NCBI RefSeq assembly: GCF_004010195.1
Contig: NC_057750.1
Coordinates: 8,971,891 to 8,991,890, forward strand
Direction: 5' to 3'
Source of the DNA: Chiloscyllium plagiosum
Taxonomy: Eukaryota
Length of the DNA stretch: 20,000 nucleotides
Shown here: one piece after another, positions 1 to 9,605 of the stretch
How positions within the stretch are numbered: the first letter of the stretch is position 1
Layout of the letters: the number at the start of each line of letters is the position of its first letter
The notes under the pieces: model-generated
Seen by the model: the letters and a program-made list of their open reading frames with translations, nothing else
What the model was told of the DNA's origin: nothing
Databases searched by the model: none
Translations under genes and position numbers: made by a program

Positions 1-35
1 AAATCAAAGTGTGTAGACGTTTGATGAAGATAGCG

Positions 36-140
36 TCATAGAGTTGTAGTGCCTTAGAGATGTACAGCACGGAAACAGACCCTTCTGTCGAACTCATCCA
101 TGCTGACCAGATATCCTAAATTGATCCAGTCCCATTCACC
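36..140 (-). mobile_element. CR1-type (HER1-like) LINE 3' UTR fragment
   Basis: Reverse complement of the LINE tail seen at 740-818 and 12140-12226 (ggatatctggtcagcatggatgagt...gaagggtctgtttccgtgctgtacatctct). Confidence 0.8.
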
Positions 141-224
141 ATATTTTGAAGCAGAGCAGGGAGAGTGCCTCTCGGTTTGGGGGGGTTGGGGGCGTTGAAG
201 AGGGAGCTGATGCTGGGAGGATTA

Positions 225-818
225 TGTATAGGAGTTGGGAGGTTATGTTGCAGCTGTACAGGACATTGGTTAGACCACTGTTGGAATATTGCATGCAATT
301 CTGGTCTCCCTCCTATAGGAAGGATGTTGTGAACCTTGAAAGGGTTCAGAAAAGATTGACAGGGATGTTGCCAGGGTTGGAGGGTTTGAGCTACAGGGAG
401 AGGCTGAACAGGCTGGGGCTGTTTTCCCTGGAGCATCGGAGGCTGAGGGGTGACCTTACAGAGGTTTATAAAATCATGAGGGGCATAGATAGGATAAGTA
501 GACAAAGTCTCTTCCTGGGGGTGGGGGAGTCCAGAACTAGAGGGCATAGGTTCAAGATGAGAGAGGAAAGATTTAAAGGGACCTAAAGGGCAATTCTTTG
601 ATGCAGAGGGTGGTATGTGTATGAAATGAGCTGCCAGAGGAAGTGGTGGAGGCTGGTACAATTAGAGCATTTAAAAGGCATCTGGATGGGTATATGAATA
701 GGAAGGGTTTGGAGGGATATGGGCCAAGTGCTGGCAACCCAGATTAGGTTAGGATATCTGGTCAGCATGGACGAGTTTGGCTGTCGGATCTGTTTCCACA
801 CTGTACATCTCTATAACT
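225..818 (+). mobile_element. 5'-truncated CR1-type LINE: ORF2 C-terminus (frameshifted) plus 3' UTR
   Basis: ORF 146-586 encodes YRSWEVMLQLYRTLVRPLLEYCMQFWSP...LERVQKR...LGLFSLEHRRLRGDL..., the typical CR1 ORF2 post-RT region. It continues after a frameshift as NELPEEVVEAGT..FKRHLDGYMNRKGLEGYG, then the 3' UTR. Confidence 0.92.
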
Positions 819-1071
819 CGATGTGATGAAATGTCCTGGAATGCATCCAATTTGAATTGGCAACCCAAGGTTGGGACTATGGTTGGGTTGAAGGGTCTGT
901 TTCTGTGCAATATGACTCAATGACCGAGCAGGGGTTACAGTCCGGGACCTCAACCTTTGACACTGACAGCAAGTAATAGAAAAATGGTCCGTTCCTTATT
1001 GGGTGCATTCTATATCTTATCCAGCACAAAGCCTCACCCTCCAGCTCGTCCAATACAGTGTTTTGTTCATT

Positions 1072-1575
1072 GTCAGGAGTGTGAGGGAATACTCCCCACT
1101 TGCCCTGGATGGGGGCAGCTCCAACAACACTCAAGAAGCTCAACACCATCCAGGACAAAGCAGCCCTCGCTTGATTGTGATCACATCCATAAGCATCCAC
1201 TCCCTCCACCCCTGACGCTCAGTAGCAGCAGTGTGTACCATCTACAAGATGTGCTGCAGAAATTTCCCAAAGTTCCTCAGACAGCACCTTCCAAATCCAC
1301 GACCACTTCCATCTAGAAGGACAAGGGCAGCAGATACATTGGAACCCCACTCCGTGAAAGTTCGCCTCCACTCCCCATCCTGACTTGGAAATATACCACT
1401 GCTCCTTCAGTGTCTCTGGGTCAGAATCCTGGAATTCCCTCCCTCAGGGCATTGTGGGTCAACCCACAGCACACGGACTGCAGCGGTTCCAGAAGGCAGC
1501 TCACCCCCACCTTCTCAAGGGGGTAACTAGGGACGGGGCCAGCCAGCGGCTCCCACATCCCACAAATGAATAAAC
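1072..1575 (+). mobile_element. 3' remnant of a second non-LTR retrotransposon family (CR1/L2 group)
   Basis: Frameshifted peptide VRSVREYSPLA/WMGAAPTTLKKLNTIQDKAA...SIHSLH...SVAAVCTIYKM resembles the LINE ORF2 'RPxLEY..W...LExVQ.RA.R' region. Ends in cccacatcccacaaatgaataaa. Further pieces at 6170-6370 and 14766-14912. Confidence 0.7.
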
Positions 1576-1623
1576 AAAAGATTAAAACAATAGAGCAAGG
1601 GATTCAATTTATCCCGAATGGTG

Positions 1624-1676
1624 ATTCCTGATGAAGGCCTGAAACGTCGATTCTCCTGCTCCTCAGATAATGCCTA
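1624..1676 (+). mobile_element. PLE terminal-repeat fragment (family A) with hammerhead core and collapsed stem II
   Basis: CTGATGA(1628-1634)-aggcct-GAAAC-GTC-gattctcctgctcctc. Same sequence as 9721-9764 with a 7-nt deletion in stem II. Confidence 0.75.
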
Positions 1677-1844
1677 GTCTGTCTAGATGTTATGAAATAT
1701 AGGGAATTTTTTTTTGATGAAACAAAGGTCATTTAGCTCAATAAATACCTATTCCCTTATAAAAGGGTTAACACCATCTCTGTTCTCTCATTCTATTGTC
1801 TGTTCAATGTATAATGCAGTGATTGGCACCATTTACCTTCCAAG

Positions 1845-2402
1845 TGGTAAGGCAACTTTTGGAATACTGCGTTCAATACTGGTCTCCCTGCTATAGGAAG
1901 GATGTTGTGAAACTTGAAAGGGTGCAGAAAAAGATTTACAAAGATGTTGCCAGCGTTGGAGTGTTTGAGCTAGAGTAGGAAGCTGAACAGGCTGGGGCTG
2001 TTTTCCCTGGAGCATCGAAGGCTGAGGGGTGACCTTATAGAGGTTTATAAAATCATGAGGGGCATGGATTGGGTGAATAGACAAGGGCTTCTTCCTTGGG
2101 GTAGGGGAGTCCAGAACTAAAGGGCAGAGGTTAGGGTGAGAGGGGAAATATTTAAAAGGGACTTCAGGGGCAACATTTTCATACCAAGGGTGGTGCGTGT
2201 ATGGAATAAGCTGCCAGAGGAAGTGGTGGAGGCTGGTTCAATGACAAAATTTAAAAGGCATCTGGATAGGTATATGAATAGGAAGGGTTTAGACGGATAT
2301 GGGCCAAGTGCTGGCAGGTGGGACTAGATTAGGTTGGGATATCTGGTCGGCATGGACGAGTTGGGCTGAAGGGTCTGTTTCCGTGCTGTACATCTCAATG
2401 AC
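1845..2402 (+). mobile_element. 5'-truncated CR1-type LINE, ORF2 C-terminus and 3' UTR
   Basis: Colinear with 270-818. ORF 2136-2327 reads RGEIFKRDFRGNIFIPRVVRVWNKLPEEVVEAGSMTKFKRHLDRYMNRKGLDGYGPSAGRWD*. Confidence 0.92.
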
Positions 2403-2405
2403 TTC

Positions 2406-2498
2406 TCCATGCTGACCAGATATCCTAAACTGATCGAGTCCCATTTGTCAGCTCTTGACCCACATCTCTGTAACCCCTTCCTATCCATATACCCAGAT
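2406..2498 (-). mobile_element. CR1-type LINE 3' fragment, inverted next to the preceding copy
   Basis: Approximate reverse complement of 2259-2355. Confidence 0.75.
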
Positions 2499-3278
2499 GA
2501 GGATGGAAGAATTCCCTCCTTAAAAGACATTCGCTTTACAATAATGGTTACACATTCACCCGGATGTGAGCCATCTTCCTTGTTGGGATTTGAACCCATG
2601 GCCCCCAGTGTGCTTGGAGGGGGGTACCTTGATTTGGCGAGAAGGCTGCTATGTAAATGCAAGTCATGCTTGAAGGTGAAACTGGAGGGAATGATTGCCA
2701 TAAGTTCCTGATTGGGAAATAAGGAAGAATAACAGAGCTGTGGGATCGTACTCTGTCTATCTGACAGTAACTATCACCACACTGTTCGTTGACACCCTCT
2801 CTTTAACCGGGCCATTAATTATAATCGCTCTCTGTGTTTTTGAAGGAAATAAGGTATCGTTGCCAAAGTCTAATGATGGCTTTCCTGAGGCAACGGGATT
2901 AACATAATGAGGTTAATGAGCTGCTGGATTACTGTATTGACAGTGTCTGCTCTGTGCTCGGAGCCTCTACCTGAGTCAGTGCGTCTGTCCCTTTCTCTCT
3001 AGAGAGACGCTGACTCTCACTGGAGTTGAGCTTCCATCAATGCCCCCACCCCGTGGTGACCTTGCAGTGGTGAACTCAAGAGCAGACTCCTCACTGATCC
3101 CAAACCTCCTGCTCTCCGTAACCCTGGGGAAACGATAAGCTGCACTTCTGTAGCGCCTTTCTCCGCCGCAGGGATGCCCTGAAACTTCTTGAAGCAGCGT
3201 AGGACAGAGCTGAGAGGGAGACGCGGTTCCCCGGGATAGAAGGGGTGACGGTGTTGTGGTGGGTGTGTTACCAGGCCT

Positions 3279-3465
3279 GGCAGGTTAGCTCAGTTGGCTG
3301 GACGCCGATGCAGAGTGACCCCAACAGTGTGGGTTCGATTCCTGTACTGGCTGCAGTTGCCATGATAGTCCCACCTTGCATCCTTCCCCCCGAGGTGTGG
3401 TGACCCTGAGACTAAGGCTACCTCTGGTCATCTCTCTCCAAAGCGAGAACCTGTGGTGACTATTA
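3279..3465 (+). mobile_element. tRNA-derived SINE (family distinct from HE1)
   Basis: A-box-like tagctcagttgg (3285-3296) and B-box ggttcgattcc (3332-3342), followed by a non-tRNA body. Confidence 0.65.
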
Positions 3466-3539
3466 CTACTCGACTGGTAATCGAGAGGATGTGGGGGGAA
3501 ACATGAATTCAAACCCCACTTCAGTAGCGACTGGAATTT

Positions 3540-4076
3540 AGATTAGATTGTAGATAAGATTCCCTACAGTGTGGAAACAGGCCCTTCGCCCAACAAGTCC
3601 ACACTGACCACCAATGAATAATGAATAAATCTGGAATTAAAAGCTAGTCTCGGTGATGATGGCCAGGACCCTCCTACTCTAGCTCAAACTCCAACCCTGG
3701 CAACATCTTTGTAAATCTTTTTCTGAACCCTTTCAAGTTTCACAACATCCTTCCTATAGCAGGGAGACCAGTATTGAACGCAGTATTCCAAAAGTGGCCT
3801 TACCACTTGGAAGGTAAATGGTGCCAATCACTGCATTATACATAGGGACAATTTAGCATGGCCAATTCACCTAACCTGCACATCTTTGGACTGTGGGAGG
3901 AAACCGGAGCAAACCCACCCAGACACGGGGAGAATGTGCAAACTCCACACAGTCAGTTAGCAAACCCACCCAGACACGGGGAGAATGTGCAAACTCCACA
4001 CAGTCAGTTGCCCAAGGCGGGAATTGAACCCGGGTCTCTGGCGCTGTGAGGCAGCAGTGCTAACCACTGAGCCACC
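3540..4076 (-). mobile_element. HE1-type V-SINE, rearranged: tail 3540-3609, head and body 3844-4076, foreign sequence between
   Basis: Reverse complement of the head ggtggctcagtggttagcactgctgcctcacagcgcc...gggttcaattcc and of the tail gggcctgtttccacactgtagggaatct. Matches the other copies in the window. Confidence 0.85.
3908..4009. repeat. Perfect 2 x 51-bp tandem duplication inside the SINE
   Basis: agcaaacccacccagacacggggagaatgtgcaaactccacacagtcagtt at 3908-3958 and 3959-4009. Confidence 0.95.
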
Positions 4077-4304
4077 AATGAATAATGAATAAATCTGGAA
4101 TTAAAAGCTAGTCTCGGTGATGATGGCCAGGACCAACTGTCATTGTTTGTTGTAAGGTGTTGGGCCGAATGGTATTATTGCTGGACTGTTAATCTGGAGA
4201 TAAAAAGGTAAAAACAATGACTGCAGATGCTGGAAACCAGATTCTGGATCAGTGGTGCTGGGAGAGCACAGCAATTCAGGCAGCATCCGACGAGCAGCAA
4301 AATC

Positions 4305-4332
4305 GACGTTTCGGGCAAAAGCCCTTCATCAG
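4305..4332 (-). ncRNA. Minimal type-I hammerhead ribozyme motif (PLE family A)
   Basis: RNA reads CUGAUGA-A-GGGC-UUUU-GCCC-GAAA-CG-UC: complete core, 4-bp stem II, palindromic ACGU stem III, GUC cleavage triplet. Confidence 0.85.
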
Positions 4333-4535
4333 GAATAAAGGCAGAGAGCCTGAAGCGTGGAGAGATAAGCGAGGGGAGGGGGGGGGTGGGGAGAAAGTAG
4401 CATAGAGTACAATAGGTGAGTGGGGGAGGAGATGAAGGTGATAGGTCAGGGAGGAGAGGGTGGAGTGGATAGGTGGAAAAGGAGCTAGGCAGGTCGGACA
4501 AGTCCGGACAAGTCATGGGGACAGTGCTGAGCTGG

Positions 4536-4892
4536 NNNNNNNNNNNNNNNNNNNNNNNNNNNNNNNNNNNNNNNNNNNNNNNNNNNNNNNNNNNNNNNNN
4601 NNNNNNNNNNNNNNNNNNNNNNNNNNNNNNNNNNNNNNNNNNNNNNNNNNNNNNNNNNNNNNNNNNNNNNNNNNNNNNNNNNNNNNNNNNNNNNNNNNNN
4701 NNNNNNNNNNNNNNNNNNNNNNNNNNNNNNNNNNNNNNNNNNNNNNNNNNNNNNNNNNNNNNNNNNNNNNNNNNNNNNNNNNNNNNNNNNNNNNNNNNNN
4801 NNNNNNNNNNNNNNNNNNNNNNNNNNNNNNNNNNNNNNNNNNNNNNNNNNNNNNNNNNNNNNNNNNNNNNNNNNNNNNNNNNNNNNNNNNNN
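4536..4892. other. Assembly gap (357 N)
   Basis: Run of N. Confidence 1.
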
Positions 4893-5360
4893 GGGAACGG
4901 TCTTTGCGGGAGGCGGAGAGGGGTGGGGAGGGAAATATATCCCTGGTGGTGGGGTCTGTTTGGAGGTGGCGGAAATGTCGGCGGATGATTTGGTTTATGC
5001 GGAGGTTGGTAGGGTGGAAGGTGAGCACCATGGGCGTTCTGTCCTTGTTGCGGTTGGAGGGGTTGAGTCTGAGGGCGGAATTGCGGGATGTGGATGAGAT
5101 GCGTTGGAGGGCATCTTTAACCCATAGGAAGGGAAGTTGCGGTCTCTAAAGAAGGAGGCCATCTGGTGTGTTCTATGGTGGAACTGGTCCTCCTGGGAGC
5201 AGATACGGCGGAGGCAGAGGAATTGGGAATACGGGATTGCATTTTTGCAAGAGATAGGTTGGGAAGAGGTGTAATCCAGGTCGCTGTGGGAGTCGGTGGG
5301 TTTGTAAAAAATGTCAGTGTCAAGTCGGTCGTCACTAATGGAGATGGAGAGGTCCAGGAA

Positions 5361-5800
5361 GACACCTAGACAATGTTCTGGGGTCCCAGTTCAAATTCCT
5401 CCACGGCAGAGGATGGAGCTTTAATTCAATAAAACTCTGGAATTAAGACTGTAATGATGACAATGAATCTGTTGCCAAATATTGGGAAAACCCATCAGGT
5501 TTGCTATGGGCAAGGAAGCTGGCATCCTCACCTGGGCCTGGCCTACACGTGACTCCAGACCCACAATGATATGGTTAAAGTGAGGACTGCAGATGCTGGA
5601 GATCAGAACCAAGAATGTGGTGCTGGAAAAGTACAGCCGGTCAGGCAGCATCTGAGGAGCAGGAGAATCGGCATTTTGGGCAAATGCCCTTAACTACCCT
5701 CTGGAATGACACTAGTCAGTCACTCAGTACAAGGGGCAACTAGTGATGCTGGTTTGACCAGTTGGTGCCCACATCCCGTGAGAAGATCAAGATAAATAAG
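5361..5800 (+). mobile_element. tRNA-derived SINE sharing its tail with the 1072-1575 LINE; 5' start at ~4165-4200, split by the Penelope insertion
   Basis: B-box-like gttcaaattcc near 5389. Body aattcaataaaactctggaattaag also occurs at 3620-3645. Tail caaggggcaactag...gcccacatccc resembles 1516-1561. Confidence 0.65.
5576..5691 (-). mobile_element. PLE terminal-repeat fragment (family A), hammerhead truncated and decayed
   Basis: Colinear with 4217-4326 (gactgcagatgctgga...ggcagcatctgaggagcaggagaatcggcattttgggcaaatgccctt). Confidence 0.8.
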
Positions 5801-6169
5801 GGGTGAGGACATACAATTTAAAGTGGCAATGTTGTGGGGAGCTTTAATACGCGGCTGGTACCTGAAAGGCAGCCCTGAGGGGACGGTTCAGGACAATCCA
5901 ACTGCAACTTTCTGAAGACAGTGCAACAAGGTGCTACAGCAGAGGAGGAATGGGGGGAAGCACAGTATGGGCACTAGCTGAGTTACTCTTGCGGACGGGT
6001 TCGCACAAAAACTGCAGGCAGAATGGCCTCCATTCGTGTCAGTCCCAGCATATGATTCTAGAAAATGCAGTGGCAAATTGAGACATAGGAAGATCCCACA
6101 AAGAGCAATGGCATAACCATTCAGGACAGAAACGTTCATTGGATTGGAACCAAGTCCATAAACATTCAG

Positions 6170-6508
6170 TCCCTCTGCCTTCAGTGGTCAGTGGCAGCAG
6201 TGTTTACCACACTCAAAGTGCACTGACAACTCACCACCTTATACAGTACCTCGCAAAACCCAAGTCCACATTCATCTCGAAGGATAAGGGCAGCAGGTAC
6301 ATGGGAACACCACCCCCTGCAAGTTCCCCTCCACTCACCATCCTGACTTGGAAATATATTGCCGTTCTTTCAGGGATGTGTAGGTTAGGTGCATTAGTCA
6401 GGGGTAAATGCAGGGGAATGGGTCTGGGTGGGTTACTCTTTGGAGGGTTGGTGTGGGCTCGTTGGACCGAAGTGCCTGTTTCCAGACTGTAGAGAATCTA
6501 TGATTCTA
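6170..6508 (+). mobile_element. Second-family LINE fragment (6170-6370) abutting the 3' third of an HE1-type SINE (6370-6508)
   Basis: ccactcaccatcctgacttggaaatatattgcc matches 1369-1403. taggttaggtgcattagtcaggggtaaatg... matches 7212 onwards. Confidence 0.75.
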
Positions 6509-7063
6509 GGATCACGGGCTAATCCACCATCAATCCATAGTCTTTCAATCACTCTTTCTGCCTCTAAGGCCTTGACTACCCTAGGCCTTGTCACTATTGG
6601 TTACAAAGTTTTGTATCCGGGTGAGATGTGTAGAGATGAAGTCACAAACCCTGTGCTCACAGAACATGACGTTTACAAGAATAGTAACCTTGCCCACTCG
6701 CTTCACTGTTTCACCCAGGCGTTTTGCATTGTATCCAGACCTGACCTCTTGTTGTCATGGTGAAGAAAGAGACATTTATGTTACCACAAATATGGTACAA
6801 GGACGTCCCAACTGAGGAGTTCAGAAGACATACTGGAGACGAGCGACTGTGAAGAGAAGATTTCCTTCTTTGGTGGTGGGTATCACTGGTTTGTATTGTC
6901 CAGCCCCAGTCATAGGGTCCTAGACACTTCAGTTATACATCACAGAAACGAACCCCTTGGTCCAACTCGCCCATCCTGATCAGATATCCAAAATCAATGT
7001 AGTCCCACATGCCAGCATATAGCCCATTTCCTCGAAACCCTTCCTATTCATATACCCATCCAG

Positions 7064-7352
7064 ATCGGGCAACTGTCTATTTGGAGTTGCCACCTTCTCC
7101 CCGTGTCTGTGTGGGTTTCCTCCAGGTGCTCTGGTTTCCTCTCACTCTCCAAATACGTGCAAGTTTAGATGAATTGGCTGTGCTAAATTGCCCCATAGTG
7201 TTCAGGGAGTGTAGGTTAGGTGCATTAGTCAGGGGTAAATGTAGAGTAATAAGATAGGGGAATGGGACTGGGTGGGTTACTCTTTGGAGGGCCAGTGTGG
7301 ACTTGTTGGGCCGAAGGGCCTGTTTCCACACAATAGGGATTCTATGATTCTA
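7064..7352 (+). mobile_element. HE1-type V-SINE, 5'-truncated
   Basis: ggagttgccaccttctccccgtgtctgtgtgggtttcctcc... through the tail gggcctgtttccacacaatagggattctatgattct. Confidence 0.85.
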
Positions 7353-7364
7353 TGTCTTTCAAAT

Positions 7365-7668
7365 GGGTGGCTCTGTGGCTCAGTGGTTAGCACTGCTGCC
7401 TCACAGCGCCAAGGACCAGGGTTTGATTCCACCCTCGAGCGACTATCTGTTTGGGTTTCCTCCGGCTGCTCCGGTTTCCTCCCACAATCCAATAATGTGC
7501 AGGTCAAGTGATTTGGCCATGATAAATTGCCCATAGTGTTAGGCGCATTAGGCAGGAGTAAATATACGGTAGGGGAATGGGTCTGCGTGGGGTACTCTTC
7601 GGAGGGTCTGCGTGGACTTGTTGGGCTGAAGGGCCTGTTTCCATACTGTAGGGAATGGAATCTAATCT
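7365..7668 (+). mobile_element. HE1-type V-SINE, near full length
   Basis: tRNA-like head tggctcagtggttagcactgctgcctcacagcgcc...gggtttgattcc, V-domain, (aatct)n tail. Confidence 0.9.
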
Positions 7669-8317
7669 AAATGTTGTAATCGTACCAGCCTCCACCTCTT
7701 CCTCTGGCAGCTCATTCCATACACGGATCACCCTATCCATGCCCTCTCATGATTTTATAAACCTCTATAAGGCCACCACTCAGTTCCAATGCTCCAGGGA
7801 AAACAACCCCAGCCTATTCAACAATTCTCCATAGCTCAAACCCTCTAACATCCTTGTAAATCTTTTCTGAAGCCTTTCAAGTTTCACAACGTCCTTCCTA
7901 TAGCAGAGAGCCCAGAATTGCATGCAGTATTCCAAAAGTGGCCTAACCCTGTACAGCCGCAACATGACCTCCCAACTCCTATACTCAAGGCACTGACCAG
8001 TAAAGGCAAGTATATCAAACACTTCCTTCTCTACCCTAACTTTGAATGTGTCCCCCAGGTTCTTGTCTCACCTAAAAAGCTTTCGGTGGCTCTATAAATG
8101 AAGGTCCTTCCTTAACTTTGTCAGAGCCACAGCTGTCCCTCAACAGAAGCACTCAACACTTTGTCAGTCAGAATGAAAGCCTTGTTATTAAACTGCAGCT
8201 TGCAGCGATTCTGATTAAATTACAAGTTTATTTGGAAATCACTTCTGATGAAAGACGGTTGGAGGAGTGAACGATTCAACAACCACCCAATGGGCCTGCC
8301 TCGATAGCTGTTGGATA

Positions 8318-8475
8318 AACTTGCATTTATGTAGCGCCTTTTGTGACTGTTGCACTTTCTCTCAAAGCGCTTCTGAGCCAATGGCAGTGCTCTTATCCTT
8401 CTGAAGTGTAGAGGCCGTCGCGCTTGTCAGAAACAAAGCAGCAATGCGCGCACAGCAAGATTCCACAGGCAGCCA
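8318..8475 (-). mobile_element. DeuSINE-like (SacSINE1/AmnSINE1-related) relic
   Basis: ttgcatttatgtagcgcctt...caaagcgctt...gccaatg...tgaagtgtag...gcgcacagcaagattccaca resembles the reverse complement of the recalled Deu-domain and tail. Confidence 0.6.
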
Positions 8476-8511
8476 CGTGGTCACGGCCACACGCAATCCG
8501 TAAACACAGAA

Positions 8512-8711
8512 GGACTGAGGACGCTGGAAATCAGGAACAAGAACAGAAATGGCTGGAGAAACTCAGCAGGTCTGGCAGCTTCTGTGGAGAGAGAAAGCAG
8601 AGTTAGCATTCTAGTGACCCTTCTCCAGAACATTCCAAAGAAATGTTAACTCTGCTTTCTCTCTTCACAGATGCTGCCAGACCTGCTGAGCTTCTCCAGC
8701 ACTTTCTGGTT
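8512..8711. mobile_element. Fold-back element of PLE terminal-repeat family B
   Basis: Arms 8544-8610 and 8642-8708 are near reverse complements. The centre carries a decayed minus-strand core CTGGAGA-AGGGTCACTAG. Confidence 0.8.
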
Positions 8712-8789
8712 TAGTAACCACATAATCCATGGAAAAGTGGCCAAGGATAAAGCTGTTGCCTGAGGCAGCTAATACCCGAAGGGGTGAGC

Positions 8790-9372
8790 AGACATAGCAT
8801 CATACAGGATGCAAACAGACCTTTTGGTCCAATCACACCACAGCAATCATGTTCCCAAACTAAACTAGTCCCACCTGCCTGCTCCTGGTCCAAACTTTTC
8901 CGATTCATGATCTTATCCAAATGTCTCTTAAACGTTGTAACAATAGCCACATCCACCCACTTCCTTGGGATGTTCATTCCACACACGAACCATCCTCTGT
9001 GTAAAGGAATTGCCCCTCATGTCTTTTTTAAATCTCTTGCCTCTCATCTTAAAGGTGTGCCCCTTAGTTTTGAACTCCCCCAACCCTAGGAAAAGGACCC
9101 TTGTCACTCATCTTATCTAAGCCCCTCATGATTTTATAAACCTCTATAAAGTCACCCCTTAACCTCCTGCGCTCCAGTGAAAAAGTCCCAGCCTATCCGG
9201 TCTATTTTAATAACTCAAACCCTCCATTCCCGGCAACATCCTGGTAAATCTCTTCTGAACCCTCTCCAGTTTAGTGATATCCTTCCTATAACAGGGCAAC
9301 AAGAACATTTCACAGTACTGCAGAAGAGGCCTCACCAATGCCCTGTACAATCTCAACATGACGTCCCGACTC
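8790..9372 (-). mobile_element. CR1-type LINE 3' part (different subfamily tail)
   Basis: Minus-strand peptide VDVAIVTTFKRHLDKIMNRKSL. Colinear with 230-720 but with a distinct 3' UTR (actagtttagtttgggaacatgattg). Confidence 0.88.
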
Positions 9373-9377
9373 CCTTA

Positions 9378-9560
9378 GAGTCATAGAGATGTACAGCATG
9401 GAAACAGACCCTTCGGTCCAACCCATCCATGTCGACCAGTTATCCCAACCCAATCTAGTCCCACCTGCCAGCACCCGGCCCATATCCCTCCAAACCCTTC
9501 CTATTCACATACCCATCCAAATGCCTTTTATATGTTGCAATTGTACCAGCCTCCACCACT
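9378..9560 (-). mobile_element. CR1-type LINE 3' end
   Basis: Near-exact reverse complement of 12045-12226. Confidence 0.9.
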
Positions 9561-9605
9561 CCACCACTCCTTCCTGCTCCAGTCACTGTCAGTGTCAGAC
9601 CACAC

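Larger units (their letters stand above)
4206..5360 (-). mobile_element. 5'-truncated Penelope-like retroelement (RT C-terminus/thumb, linker, 3' terminal repeat with hammerhead)
   Basis: Minus strand from 5360 translates FLDLSISISDDRLDTDIFYKPTDSHSDLDYTSSQPISCKNAIPYSQFLCLRRICSQEDQFHHRTHQMASFFRDRNFPS, a frameshift, then KDALQRISSTSRNSALRLNPSNRNKDRTPMVLTFHPTNLRINQIIRRHFRHLQTDPTTRDIFPSPPLSASRKDRS. FLD...YxKPT...LDY.S is characteristic of PLE RT. The GIY-YIG domain would fall in the N gap and cannot be seen. Confidence 0.9.
6910..8036 (-). mobile_element. CR1-type LINE 3' part, interrupted by two HE1-type SINEs and internally deleted
   Basis: Pieces 6910-7063, 7354-7364 and 7669-8036 join into the consensus cccatccagat-gccttttaaat-gttgtaat. 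ORF 7780-8022(-) reads EYRSWEVMLRLYRVRPLLEYCMQFW...LGLFSLEH. Confidence 0.85.

Noticed and set aside
116..661. 181-aa minus-strand ORF, and similar ORFs at 1833-2084, 9177-9386 and 11003-11602
   Set aside because: Antisense or chance frames across LINE/PLE fragments.
3283..3345. tRNA gene (also the SINE heads at 7365, 12948 and 15592)
   Set aside because: A and B boxes are present but there is no complete cloverleaf, and each is followed by a SINE body.
4460..5149. Long + strand ORFs of 229 and 171 aa
   Set aside because: Artefacts of reading through Ns, antisense to the Penelope ORF.
6590..6830. Possible exon in unique sequence (also 10099-10158 minus)
   Set aside because: Short open frames with weak or ambiguous splice signals and no recognisable peptide.
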